From assembly GCA_050951805.1 (NCBI GenBank), contig JBMNJT010000002.1, forward strand, positions 416,001-480,000: a stretch of 64,000 nucleotides of DNA, given 5' to 3'. How positions within the stretch are numbered: position 1 is the first letter of the stretch; the number at the start of each line of letters is the position of its first letter. Source of the DNA: Bacillota bacterium (GTDB lineage: Bacteria; Bacillota; DTU025). The notes beneath the pieces were generated by a model. That model searched no databases. It had not been told where the DNA came from and was given only the letters and a program-made list of their open reading frames with translations. The position numbers and the translations under genes were made by a program. Below are positions 41,071 through 51,301 of the stretch, piece by piece.

Positions 41071-41573
41071 GCTACATCACCTCTTCCCTCTCGCAACACG
41101 TGGAGAGGCAGGTAGAAAAGGGCTATGCCGAAGAATCCGATTGCCTGAAGGTCCAGAAACGCATCGGGGTTTGAGGCCAGAAGCGGAACCCACACGGAAG
41201 TGAGAATACCCGTGGCAGTCAGCGCGAACAGTGCCATATTCCGACGTTCCCGGGCAATTCGCATCTTGATTCCCCGTTCGATGGTCGCATCCAGCCTCGG
41301 CCAAGCGGGGGCGATGCCTTCAATTCCTAGGTCCGTCGTGGCGGGACGCTCAGCGCTTCCAGAAGGTACATTCACATGCGATGATGGCAGCAACGACGCG
41401 ATATCTACGAGGGCGTCAGCGTAGTCTCGACACTCGGGGCAGTTTTTGAGGTGTCTGGCCACATCGGTCGTGCTTATGTCTTTGTCAAGCCTACCTTGGC
41501 CGTCGGCCTCGCCGGACTCAGGGTACGCCATGTCGAGCAGCATATCTTGAACGTTCCTGCAATCTATGTTCAC
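41067..41573 (-). CDS. Zinc-finger anti-sigma factor
   Basis: HLKNCPEC (HxxxCxxC), C-terminal TMs, directly downstream of ECF sigma. Confidence 0.8.
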   Translation of the reverse strand: MNIDCRNVQDMLLDMAYPESGEADGQGRLDKDISTTDVARHLKNCPECRDYADALVDIASLLPSSHVNVPSGSAERPATTDLGIEGIAPAWPRLDATIERGIKMRIARERRNMALFALTATGILTSVWVPLLASNPDAFLDLQAIGFFGIALFYLPLHVLREGRGDVA

Positions 41574-42109
41574 TTCATGTCCCTCCTGGAGATTTCACGC
41601 CTGAGTATTTCAACGGAATCATGCAGCCGGGACCGTACTGTCCCTATTGGGCAGCCAACCGCGTCGGCTATCTCCTCATATTTGAACCCGTAGTAGTGTC
41701 TTAAGACGAACACTTGTCGTTTTTCGGGCCCGAGTGCATCGAGGAGGCTCATCGCCTCGTCTACAGCCATGTTCCGAAGAGCCTTCTCCTCCGCGCTCTC
41801 TTCCTCGGAACCGGTTTCGAAGACGTCCTCAGTCAAAATCTCGCGCCGCGCGGTCCTAAGCCTGTTCTTGTGGGTGTTCAGGGCTATGGTGATCAGCCAT
41901 GTGGAGAACTTCGCTCGCGGCTCGTAGCGTTCTAGGTTGACGATGGCGCGGAGCACCGTCTCCTGTACTATGTCTTCTGCGGATCGGGGATCGCCCGTGA
42001 TGCGGATCAATGCACCAAGGAGAATTGGGTAGTTGATCCGGAAGAGCTCTTCCAAAGCTTGCCTGTCGTTTTGTTGCGCGCGGCGCACTAGCGAAGTCTC
42101 GTCGGGCAT
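41570..42109 (-). CDS. ECF RNA polymerase sigma factor (SigY/SigW-like)
   Basis: AEDIVQET, FSTWLITIA, YEEIA..VGCPIGTVRSRLH. Confidence 0.93.
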   Translation of the reverse strand: MPDETSLVRRAQQNDRQALEELFRINYPILLGALIRITGDPRSAEDIVQETVLRAIVNLERYEPRAKFSTWLITIALNTHKNRLRTARREILTEDVFETGSEEESAEEKALRNMAVDEAMSLLDALGPEKRQVFVLRHYYGFKYEEIADAVGCPIGTVRSRLHDSVEILRREISRRDMK

Positions 42110-42132
42110 CTCCAGTCCCCTTTTCGTTAATT

Positions 42133-42158
42133 GAACACAGCTGGCCCGCAAATAGTTC
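42133..42158 (-). promoter_or_regulatory. Putative ECF autoregulatory promoter
   Basis: Minus strand GAACT-N16-TGTTC just upstream of the sigma RBS. Confidence 0.45.
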
Positions 42159-42508
42159 GGTCGCCAGAAGCATCATGAAGGACGATATCAGACTATATCA
42201 TACCGTGTGTGGCAAATGGCATTGAATGATTGCCCACCAAATCGCGCATTCTCTTTTCGTTGTTGCAAGTCCTGTAAGTGTTTGGCCATGCCAGAAAAAC
42301 TTCCGCTGAATTGCCGGGGCCTGTGGCGTGGTTGGACGCGTATTCTGCGTCTGCCAACACGATCAGGATGGCCCCAGGGCCGGATTGGCCAACCGCGAGC
42401 GAAAAGCTCCAGCGTTCGTCCTCGTCGAGGTCTGGCAAGTCCATATTTTGCAGGAATGAGATGAGTCAGATAAAATCAGGGTATAAAGGAGTATTTGCAG
42501 GTGAGAGA

Positions 42509-42973
42509 ATGTATGTCGCGCAGGTTGAAGCACAAGATCGGAAGGGATGGATATCCCGACAGATTCTCGATGATTTAGGGGAATGGTTCGGCATCCCCGA
42601 GGCCGCGGAATCCTACGCAAGGAGAAGCTCGGAACTGCCCTTTTGGGCAGCTTTTGATGGCGGGAAACCGGTTGGTTTTGTCGCAGTCTTGAAGCACTTC
42701 GATCAAGCCGCTGAGATCTATGTAATGGGGATCCTCAAAGCATACCATCGCAAAGGAATTGGAAGACTTCTCGTAGGAGAAGTTGAAAAGTGGTGCGCAG
42801 ATCAAGACATTAGTTATCTTCAAGTCAAAACGCTCTCAGCTTCTCATCCCGATACTCATTATGAGAAAACCAGAGCATTTTACCGGTCGGTTGGATTCGT
42901 AGAGATAGAGGAGTTTCCTAACCTATGGGGAACTGCGAATCCGTGTCTGCTGATGATCAAGGCAATCCGATAG
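42509..42973 (+). CDS. GNAT-family N-acetyltransferase
   Basis: EWFGIPEA, AYHRKGIGRLL, LQVKTL, FYRSVGF. Confidence 0.9.
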   Translation: MYVAQVEAQDRKGWISRQILDDLGEWFGIPEAAESYARRSSELPFWAAFDGGKPVGFVAVLKHFDQAAEIYVMGILKAYHRKGIGRLLVGEVEKWCADQDISYLQVKTLSASHPDTHYEKTRAFYRSVGFVEIEEFPNLWGTANPCLLMIKAIR

Positions 42974-43147
42974 GGCGATCAGTATTGCCGCTCAGAACCT
43001 CTTTCGGGGCTTCACTCTTTTGGCTATGGAATCCAGGTTCGTTCAGTATGCTCTTAATATCTTGTGCCAGGGTTTGTCCGGACATAACCGCTGCGATCAT
43101 GCACCGATTCTGCAAACGCAGTTGTGGAATCGCAAAGTACGATCTAG

Positions 43148-45022
43148 GAATCTGCTCGGAAACTCCTCAAGGGCAGGCGTGAAGTTCGCTGGACCGAGTT
43201 GACTGAGAGCGATGTATCATCATGTGCGGACGTATAGGACGGCTATGTTGGGTTTGCCATCGTAATACGCAACATTGCTTTCAACTTCGTGGTATTACGC
43301 CCATATATGTGCTATAACATCAGCATAACATGTGTTTGGAGGCTACATCCATGCAAGGCCGGCGCGAACAACAGTTGACGTTTTCCGATGCTCTCTGGCC
43401 CAACGAAATACCCGAGAATTCCTACTGGGCAAGAATGCGAAAATACCTCCTTCAAATAGATGAATCAGTGTTCAGCCCTTTATTCTCGCATACGGGGCGT
43501 CCCTCGATTTCACCTGTGCTCACCTTTGGCGCAATGCTCATTCAGCTTGAAATAGGCTGGTCAGATAGGCAGTTGGAGGAAGAATCCCGGTTTGACGATC
43601 GCTGTAAATATGCCTTCGGGGTGAGTCGGGATTTCGCGGGGATTGATGCAGTTACCCTCTGCGAGCATAGGGCAAGGTTTATAGAATCAGGCATCATATT
43701 CACCTTGTTTCGCGACTTGCTGGCCGACGCCAAAGCAAAAGACCTCATCTCCGAGGACAAGCTCGAGATCGTCGATTCCTTTATGACCTATGGAGCCGCC
43801 GCTGTCCAAGATACATATACATTGCTACGCAAGGGAATCGTGCGGGTTCTCAAGATAGCCGAGTTCCATGAGTTCGATTCCAAGCTGACGCCTGTGCTTG
43901 GCCGCAAGGATTACACAACTGATGCAAAACCCAAGATCAACTGGGATGACCCTGAGGAAAAGCGCCTTCTGTTGGAATCTTATGTTGTTGACGCACGTAA
44001 CCTTGTAGCCGCCGTCCGTGCTTTGCAGCCTTTGCCCCGGGATTTGAAGGATGCGGCTGACCTGCTGGAACGCATTGCAAAGCAAGATATCGACGACGAT
44101 GATGGCCAGATCAACAGGATAATATCTGTTAATGACCCAGATATGCGACACGGGCGCAAGACATCGTCCTCCAAATTCGATGGGTACAAAACGCGCATCA
44201 TGACCGATGGCAATTTCGTAACTGCCGTGGTTGAGACGCCTGCCAACAAGGCTGACTCCGAACCATTCCCTGATCTTATGGATCAATGCGAGGCAAATGG
44301 AATCAAGTTTACGGAGGTCATGGGCGACAGCGCCTACAGCAATTGGCTGATTATCGACAGAAAGGCCAAGGATGGGATAACTGTGATAGCCAAAGTGCCA
44401 TCGGAACCGATAGTGGATGGAAGATACCCAAAGGGCAAATTCGACATAGACACGGAAAACGGTGTGGTTGCCTGCCCAGAGGGGTTTGCAGCTCAGTTTG
44501 ATCCATCTGCGATTGAGAGGCGAAAAGGGACCGTTGCTCGTTTTTCAGACTGCACGGAATGCACGAGTTCCTCAAGAGGCCGCAGCATATCGATCCACCC
44601 CTATGAGCCGGAGATAGCTACAGAACGGAAAAAGCAGGCGACGCCCGAATTCAAGGAATTCTACTCAGAACGCGCTGACGGCGAGAGGGTCATAAGCCAC
44701 CTGACAAGGCACGGGGGCAGACAGGCAAGGTACATAGGAGCCTTCAAAGTGTGGTGCCAGGAGGTCCTCACAGCGCTCAATCACAACATCAAGGCCTTCT
44801 ATAGACTGGCGCCAGCCACTGGCTAGATGTTGCAGGGGAGGACTGCCTGCAGAATCGGATAAATAGGCGCAAACGGGAAGCGCCTGGGGTGATGGGGGCC
44901 ATTAAGTTAGGCCCATGATGCCCTAAGCTATTGCTGGCAGCCTCTAGATAACCACATACTGCCTTTTCTTGATTGTCAAAGATTGCTCCGGGTTGATATC
45001 AGCTCTGTTGGCGAGCAGATTC
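43148..45022 (+). mobile_element. IS1182/IS5-like insertion sequence, about 1.9 kb, with CTAG target duplication
   Basis: Terminal IR GAATCTGCTCG (43148) / CGAGCAGATTC (45022), flanked by CTAG at 43144-43147 and 45023-45026. Confidence 0.88.
43351..44826 (+). CDS. IS1182-family DDE transposase
   Basis: GRPSISP, SDRQL, DPDMRHGRK..FDGYK, GDSAY, CPEG, ERVISHL. Confidence 0.88.
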   Translation: MQGRREQQLTFSDALWPNEIPENSYWARMRKYLLQIDESVFSPLFSHTGRPSISPVLTFGAMLIQLEIGWSDRQLEEESRFDDRCKYAFGVSRDFAGIDAVTLCEHRARFIESGIIFTLFRDLLADAKAKDLISEDKLEIVDSFMTYGAAAVQDTYTLLRKGIVRVLKIAEFHEFDSKLTPVLGRKDYTTDAKPKINWDDPEEKRLLLESYVVDARNLVAAVRALQPLPRDLKDAADLLERIAKQDIDDDDGQINRIISVNDPDMRHGRKTSSSKFDGYKTRIMTDGNFVTAVVETPANKADSEPFPDLMDQCEANGIKFTEVMGDSAYSNWLIIDRKAKDGITVIAKVPSEPIVDGRYPKGKFDIDTENGVVACPEGFAAQFDPSAIERRKGTVARFSDCTECTSSSRGRSISIHPYEPEIATERKKQATPEFKEFYSERADGERVISHLTRHGGRQARYIGAFKVWCQEVLTALNHNIKAFYRLAPATG

Positions 45023-45163
45023 CTAGGAGGGACCGAGTTGAGCACACAGCAAGTCATTAGGAGATTGGCAGTCGTCTGCTCTGTTTGGCAATCGAAAAGT
45101 TCATAGTTCGGCAGTCAAAAAGTGCATAGGCTACCACCACGCCCGGGGTCGGATCTCAGGGCC

Positions 45164-45955
45164 CTATTGGGCCGGGTCGTTTTTGTAAATAGTGTTTTGT
45201 TGGGGGTGGGCACCTCCAACGTCATCTGGGACATGCAATTGGGAGAGGGCGTGCCGTAGACGGTAGCTCTCCCCTGTGAATGCAAGCACATGTCCGTGAT
45301 GAACAAGCCTGTCAATGAGCGCGGCAGTGAGCCGGCTGTCGTTGATTACCGTGTTCCATTGTCCGAACTCAAGGTTCGTAGTGATGGCTACGCTTCGGCG
45401 CTCATAGCAGCTGGCGATTACTTGGAACAAGAGCTCTGCTGCGTGACGGGGTAGAGGCAAGAAGCCCAGTTCATCCACGATAAGCAGATCGCATGATTCG
45501 AGATCGCGTATTAAGCTTCCAAGAGTCCCTTTTGCGTTCTTCTCCAGCAAGCGGTTTGCCAGATCAACTGTCTGAAAGAATCGGACCTCCTTTCCGCTGA
45601 GGACAGCCTTAAGCCCCAGCGCTATCACAAGATGAGTTTTGCCTGTCCCCACGCCGCCCATGCAAATCAGGGACTCCTTCTCATCGATGAACCTCAGTTC
45701 GGTTAGATGTTCTATCGTGGTTTGGGGCGGCAATATGATGTTGTCACAGGAGAACTCCTCCAGCGTCTTGGTTTGCGGAAACCCTGCACGCTTCAACCTT
45801 CGCCGGTTTCGATTTTTCTCTCGGTTTCTTAGCTCTTCTGCAAATAGATCAGTCAGGAATTGCTCTCTGCTTTCAAAGGATATTTCATTGTAGGTCTGGC
45901 TCACCGAACCGAGTTTGAGCATCTTGCACTGTTTCTGAAGCAAAGAGTCTGTCAT
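45164..45955 (-). CDS. istB: IS21 helper ATPase IstB
   Basis: AGFP..KTLEEF, GGVGTGKTHL, VDELGF, YERRS, TTNL, IDRLVHH, GESYR. Confidence 0.96.
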   Translation of the reverse strand: MTDSLLQKQCKMLKLGSVSQTYNEISFESREQFLTDLFAEELRNREKNRNRRRLKRAGFPQTKTLEEFSCDNIILPPQTTIEHLTELRFIDEKESLICMGGVGTGKTHLVIALGLKAVLSGKEVRFFQTVDLANRLLEKNAKGTLGSLIRDLESCDLLIVDELGFLPLPRHAAELLFQVIASCYERRSVAITTNLEFGQWNTVINDSRLTAALIDRLVHHGHVLAFTGESYRLRHALSQLHVPDDVGGAHPQQNTIYKNDPAQ

Positions 45956-47475
45956 GCCTTGACCACTCCTTCAGCCCGTGCAGGCAAGAGCTTGTCGTAG
46001 ACTGCGGAATCTGGATTGTAAGCTGCTACTTCAATTGGCGTGTATCCCTCGGCAATAGGTTCGGGAAGCCCGTTTTCGGGGTTAAGCGCATACAGCTTGA
46101 GCTCAACGTTCGCGGGGTTGGCGCGCCTATCGGCTGGCAACACCTCAAGCGCCTCAGCTACTTCGTCTATGGAATACATCTTCAGCATGTCTCTCGCGAA
46201 CCGCACTCTAGCTGACCGTTCCGATGCATTCGCCTCCTTGAGGTAGGCTTGGACCGCCTTCGGAAGATAGCGGAACATAGCTGAATGCACGGCGGCTCGT
46301 GGCCTACGTGAGTAGATCTCAAAATGGGCCAGCCAGTCAATTGGTTGCTCTTTGAGCATGTAGTGCCTTGGCAGCGTTGTGAGCGCTTCGCCTTCCCGGT
46401 TCCGCACCTCGATGCGATCCCAATACACACTGAGCAAAACCTTCTGCCGTGGTTTCCCCTGTGGCACTGAATAGGTTTCCGACTCGAAGCGGAATTGAGC
46501 ATAGTTGTTTAATACTGCAGCATCAAGCCGCACAGCCTCGAATGGAACGCTTGGGAGCGGCAGCAACGCTGATTGCTCTTCTCGCCACATGTCGGCTATA
46601 GTCCTGCCCTTCTTGTAATGAATGCGATCCATGTCGCGGATAGCCTTAATTGCCAGTTGTTCGCCGAGCTCCTCGAAACTGTTGAGGGGGTGAAGAGGGC
46701 ATAGCCATTGCCGGCGTGAGTATCCTACCTTGTTTTCAACATTTCCTTTCTCGTTGCCTCGAGCCGGCGCACAGAAATCAACATCGAAGCGATAATGGAG
46801 CTGAAAGCGCATGAACGCCTCCGTAAGCGTGCGTTCTTCGCCCTTCCCTATGGTTGCTACCATAGTCGTCGCATTGTCCAACACTAGCCTCTGCGGCACA
46901 CCCCCTGCCTGCTCAAACAGAAGGCGAAGACCCTCCAGAAGGCACTCACCGTTCTCTGATGGCATTGGAACCGCAAAGCCAGCGTTTGACCATGGAAACG
47001 AAAGAACAAGCGCCTTGGCTTCCACGATCTTTCCATCCCGAACACAGCGGATTGTTCCGAAATCCGCCTGGGCTTCTCCAGGTTCGTGCATGAGTTCAAC
47101 GTAGGCCGTGGGTTCGGGTTCTTCCTTGAGCAACTCTTTCCGCCGATTTCGAACATACTCCCTAACTGTGCGTTCACTGCCTTCGAAGCCATGCTTCTCT
47201 CTTAGCTCACTGTAAATGGCTGCAGCATTTCGCCGATCCTTTCTCTGCAGCAACTGATCCTCAAGCAGCCAGGTATCTACAATGTCTGCCACGGGATCCA
47301 TTACAGGCCTACGCTTCTTTCTAACCGTAGGCGGCGATTCATTCCAGTCCTCCTTGTAAGCATATTTTGCCGCCGTTCTCCAACACACGTCGACTTTCCT
47401 GGCAATTTCGCTGATAGATGCACCTTCGTTTTCGAAGGCATGCTTGATATAATACTGTACAGGCATAGCGATCAC
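45952..47475 (-). CDS. istA: IS21 transposase IstA
   Basis: N-terminal HTH (SISEIARK), PGEAQADFG, DN, EKGNVENKVGY, YSVP. Confidence 0.96.
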   Translation of the reverse strand: MIAMPVQYYIKHAFENEGASISEIARKVDVCWRTAAKYAYKEDWNESPPTVRKKRRPVMDPVADIVDTWLLEDQLLQRKDRRNAAAIYSELREKHGFEGSERTVREYVRNRRKELLKEEPEPTAYVELMHEPGEAQADFGTIRCVRDGKIVEAKALVLSFPWSNAGFAVPMPSENGECLLEGLRLLFEQAGGVPQRLVLDNATTMVATIGKGEERTLTEAFMRFQLHYRFDVDFCAPARGNEKGNVENKVGYSRRQWLCPLHPLNSFEELGEQLAIKAIRDMDRIHYKKGRTIADMWREEQSALLPLPSVPFEAVRLDAAVLNNYAQFRFESETYSVPQGKPRQKVLLSVYWDRIEVRNREGEALTTLPRHYMLKEQPIDWLAHFEIYSRRPRAAVHSAMFRYLPKAVQAYLKEANASERSARVRFARDMLKMYSIDEVAEALEVLPADRRANPANVELKLYALNPENGLPEPIAEGYTPIEVAAYNPDSAVYDKLLPARAEGVVKA

Positions 47476-48084
47476 TCCACGTTACCTCCCCGATTGGTCA
47501 CAGTCAAATCTAGGGAGGTATTCTTGTGGCGTGGTGGTTATGCCTTCTTAATCTTCAATTTCTCCTGTGACATTTTGGCTGCCGTTCTCTGTATTGCCAT
47601 TATGCCGAAAACATTCAAGCGCAACAGCACGCGTGAGGATGCCATAGCTGGAGTTCGCTGGCTCAATGAACACTATCGAGACTCCAGCTATGCGGTGATA
47701 AACCATCCTTCGCGCGCTATGAAGTATGCGCCGTCCGATCTGAGGGATCTGAACAATGCAAGCCCTGACGTCTGTTTCGGCTTTGAAGGCCTGCCGGGAA
47801 GACAGAAGAAGAGCTTCGGGTGCGGCTATAGCCAGGATTTTGCCGGTATGACACCACTATGTCGGACATATGGCGGAGCCGATCCCTTCCTTGCTACAAT
47901 TGGAGGGGTGTGGGATAGCTTGCTGGGAGAAGGTCGCAGATTTTGGGTTCTTGCTAATTCCGATTTTCATGAGGCTGGGTCCGATTCTGATTTCTACCCG
48001 GGCGAATACGCAAAGAACTACGTGAAGGTTGACGAGAACAGCCCAAAGGGAATAGTGGACGGATTGAGGTCCGGGAACTGTTTC

Positions 48085-48949
48085 GTTCGCCCGGCATGTT
48101 TGTTGAGCCGATGGACTGAAAGAAGTCCTGTCACCTAACCAGCGGGAAGACAACCCCAAGGCAAGGGCGTCGCTGGTAACGGCGGGGTCTGAAGGAAGCT
48201 TTAAGGGGGAACACGGAACGTAGCGAAAGCGAAGCGAAGTTGGGCTGTCAGGTGGGTAACCTTGCGAAGTATGGGAAAGCCCGAAAGCTGGATAACCTGC
48301 GGGTTAGGACGGACGGGTTCGTGTACAGGCAGACAAACTTAACCGGGGAAGCCCTGCATCATCCAGATAGCTGGTAAGCCCAAACAAGCGGAGACGCAAG
48401 GATGGGAATATGTGGTGTGGGGTGGCAGATGAGTCCGTAGTAGTTATGAACCCTCAGCCCATGAAAGCCGGCAACAGACCGGAGGATAAAACTGAGGGGA
48501 CAGCGGCCGGGAGCTGCTGGGCTGCATTGGCCAAAAGCCTATGCAGTTGCGAAGGGACGAAGGCAAACCAAAGCGTGCAACCTAGTTACAGGCAAGCATG
48601 GGAGAAAGATAACAGAGGCTGAAATGCCGATGGGAACGGGGGAGCCGGGGGCGACGAGTCTGCTGGTCCCTGCGCCCGCTCAGCAGAGTATCAAAGTTTC
48701 GCGGGGTAGATTGCCTTAGAGCTAGAGACGCCTCGCAAGCCTTGGGAAGAAACTGCAACCATGCAAGCTTGATGGCCAAGGAAGCACGGCGAGATGAATT
48801 GACCTCACGAAGTATGAGGTCGGCGTCTTGCATCTCTTCTATGAAGCGAAGTGACTAGGGTTTGCCAGGAGCCGTGTACGGGGCCCGTACGCACGGTTCT
48901 GTGAGAGGGATGACGCCAGGCTAATCACCCTGGCGCCACCCTACTCGAT
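48085..48949 (+). ncRNA. ORF-less group II intron (865 nt), short domain V with AGC triad (class E-like by recall)
   Basis: 5' GTTCGCCCGGCATG; DI motif GGCGTCGCTGGTAACGGCGGGGTCTGAAGGAAGC; DV GAGCCGTGTACGGGGCCCGTACGCACGGTTC (48870-48900); DVI ending CCCTACTCGAT; excision joins the exons in frame. Confidence 0.92.
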
Positions 48950-49597
48950 GTTGTCCATGGAGATCTTATTGACCACCTCGATTTCTGGGCCGAGTGCGGC
49001 AGCAGCGCCGCAACTATGGGCGAGTCAATATGGGTTCCGGCTGGGTCAGATGTGGTTGTTACTGTGCGTCTAAGAAGTCCCCATGAAGATGGGGTGGATC
49101 ATGTGGACTTGATCGCCGGAAGAGTATCCGGCCTGATTGTGCCCGAAGATGCGAGATACAACGTGGGAAACAACCCATCTACGCACGTGGTTGCAAGATT
49201 CTTCACAAAAGGCAAGCTTCTTGATGATGAGGGGTTTGCCAGCATGAGCCATGTGATCCGGAATGTGCGGAGTAACATGTATGTGAGGCTCCGAGGTACG
49301 AATCTTCCGGTAGGGGCGGCGCTGGAGACAGACTTCGACGGCGATCCGCTATCTGATGATCTCGCCCACCTAGGCGGCTATGACAACGAAATGGAAGCCT
49401 ATCACGATCTGTGGTTTTATTCGAACCCGATCAACATAAGGGTTGAGGGTGCTTGCTAAGTGCTATGCGCGGGAGCTGCATACCGAGAGCAAGACCAAAT
49501 CTCATGTCCCCTTCCTGTTTTGCATCTGTTATGATGTGGTATGATAATCCACAGGTAGCTGCATAGGAGCGTTATTGCTCCAAAACAAAGGAGTTTT

Positions 49598-50521
49598 TTG
49601 ATGGGTTCAGTTGACTCTACAGTTCCAAGCTATGTTGGCCTTTACCGCACAGGCGAGCTGGCGAGGCGTGCTGAGGAAGCGGTAAGACGGCTTTCCCGTT
49701 GCGTGATATGTGCCCAAGCCTGCAACGTCAACCGTATAGAAGGCGAGCTGGGGTTCTGCCGAACGGGAAGGCTAGCTGTGGTGTCAAGTGCCGGCCGGCA
49801 CTTCGGTGAGGAGGACGTTTTGGTGGGAACCGGCGGCTCGGGAACGATCTTCTTTGCCAACTGTAACCTTGCGTGCGTCTTCTGTCAGAACTACGATATT
49901 AGCGCGTGCGGTTTCGGAAAAGAGGTCTCGCGTCGTAGATTGGCCGACATGATGTTAAGCTTGCAGGCCAAGGGCTGCCATAACATCAATTTAGTCTCCC
50001 CGAGCCATGTCGTGCCCCAGGTTTTGGAGGCGTTGGTCCTCGCGGTAGAAGAAGGGCTGAGGCTGCCGCTTGTGTACAACACAGGGGGTTATGATGCACT
50101 TTCAACTTTGAAACTGCTTGATGGGATAGTTGACATCTACATGCCTGACTTCAAGTTCGCAGATGCCGATGATGCAGAGCGGTTTTCCGCCGCACCGCGA
50201 TACCCGACTGTGGCGCAGGCTGCGATAAGGGAGATGCATCGGCAGGTAGGTGACTTGGTAGTCGATGAAGATGGGGTTGCCCGACGTGGGCTTATTCTGC
50301 GGCATTTGGTGATGCCGGGGAAGTTGGACGATACACGTGAGATAATGAGATTTGTGGTCCGGTATATCTCGCGCGACACTTATGTGAATGTAATGGGCCA
50401 GTATCGACCTGCCCACCTTGCTTCTCGGTATCCCGAGCTTAGCAGGGCGCTTGGGATATCCGAACACCAGAGGGCCATTGAGATCGCGCGCGAGGAGGGG
50501 CTGTATCGATTTGCGAGGTAG
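49598..50521 (+). CDS. Radical SAM protein, PflX-like
   Basis: C.IC...C, HFGEE..LVG..GSGTIFF, CNLACVFCQN, DIYMPDFKF, RHLVMPG. Confidence 0.9.
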   Translation: MMGSVDSTVPSYVGLYRTGELARRAEEAVRRLSRCVICAQACNVNRIEGELGFCRTGRLAVVSSAGRHFGEEDVLVGTGGSGTIFFANCNLACVFCQNYDISACGFGKEVSRRRLADMMLSLQAKGCHNINLVSPSHVVPQVLEALVLAVEEGLRLPLVYNTGGYDALSTLKLLDGIVDIYMPDFKFADADDAERFSAAPRYPTVAQAAIREMHRQVGDLVVDEDGVARRGLILRHLVMPGKLDDTREIMRFVVRYISRDTYVNVMGQYRPAHLASRYPELSRALGISEHQRAIEIAREEGLYRFAR

Positions 50522-50659
50522 ACTTCACTGGCTTCGTGAAGTCGAAGCTGAGTCCGTATGCCATAAGCCGTTGCGCAGGTGCCATTGATGCACGTCTAGG
50601 TGGTTCCTGATCTGTCTTTGAATTGTTGGCAAGCATCAGCTTGCTGCCAAATCTAGGCA

Positions 50660-51301
50660 TTATCGTTTGAAAGCGTTCAGGCCGCTATTGTGTCTGCCTT
50701 CGGATGGTGTACATACTATGTAGATATTTCGGAAGCCCGGAATGTGAGTGTTCCACAATTTCAAGAACTGTTCTTCTGCCAATATGCGATTTCCTGGGTC
50801 TTTGCCGTTCCCGTCTTCAGCTATCTCAGGGTCGTAAAAATGCAATTCCTTGGTGGGCTCATCGTATCCAACAAGCACAAAGTAGTGCATCCACTTCAAT
50901 CCATCGCCGGTTATCACTATTATTGGGTTTCCCATTGAGAGCCTGGCCTTGAGGGTATTGAGTGTCCCGGTATAGACTTGAGCTTGGATGCCGTGTCGAC
51001 GAAGCTCATTAATGGGTCCCCTCGGCAAGACCCTGCCAGACGGGAGCTTGAACCTGACAGCGTCGTAGATTTCCTTGCCGGTTACCTCGATTTCGAAGTG
51101 GCGGAGCACATACGCGACTGCAAACCCTGTGCACTCGTTCTTGCCCTGAATTTCAAATCGGTTGGGCGCTTCGATCCAGACGGATTCACGGATAACCTGC
51201 GTCACAGTATCAGCTCGTGCTAGGGGACCGCTTGCATAAAACCCAAGACCAGCAAGGACAAGGAATATGACGATGACGATGCTCTTCCACGGAATTTGCA
51301 A
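50660..51301 (-). CDS. Exported C39-like cysteine peptidase
   Basis: Signal or TM anchor; Q-GKNEC (Q..C), HYFVLVGYD, YDP catalytic pattern. Confidence 0.8.
   Translation of the reverse strand: MQIPWKSIVIVIFLVLAGLGFYASGPLARADTVTQVIRESVWIEAPNRFEIQGKNECTGFAVAYVLRHFEIEVTGKEIYDAVRFKLPSGRVLPRGPINELRRHGIQAQVYTGTLNTLKARLSMGNPIIVITGDGLKWMHYFVLVGYDEPTKELHFYDPEIAEDGNGKDPGNRILAEEQFLKLWNTHIPGFRNIYIVCTPSEGRHNSGLNAFKR

Larger units (their letters stand above)
45082..47613 (-). mobile_element. IS21-family insertion sequence
   Basis: istA-istB pair; ends TGTTT(T/G)...; 23-bp-period terminal repeats TGGCAATCGAAAAGTTCATAG/CGGCAGTCAAAAAGTGCATAG, and CGGCAGCCAAAA at the other end; no flanking direct repeat; left boundary uncertain by about 2 nt. 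Confidence 0.88.
45038..49459 (+). pseudogene. Exported PHP/phosphoesterase-like gene disrupted by IS21 (with deletion) and a group II intron
   Basis: RBS AGGAGG + TTG 45038 (MSTQQVIRRLAVVC...); resumes 47614-48084 (NHPSR, GFEG, TYGGAD, WDSLLGEGRRF, NSDFH, FYPGEY, GLRSGNCF) and 48950-49459 (VVHGDLID...DLWFYSNPI). Confidence 0.75.

Noticed and set aside
47440-48138. 232-aa ORF as an intact gene
   Set aside because: Chimeric: the N-terminus is IS21 end sequence, the middle is phosphoesterase exon, the tail is intron
48410-48833. Short ORFs inside the intron as maturase remnants
   Set aside because: No reverse-transcriptase or YADD motifs recognised
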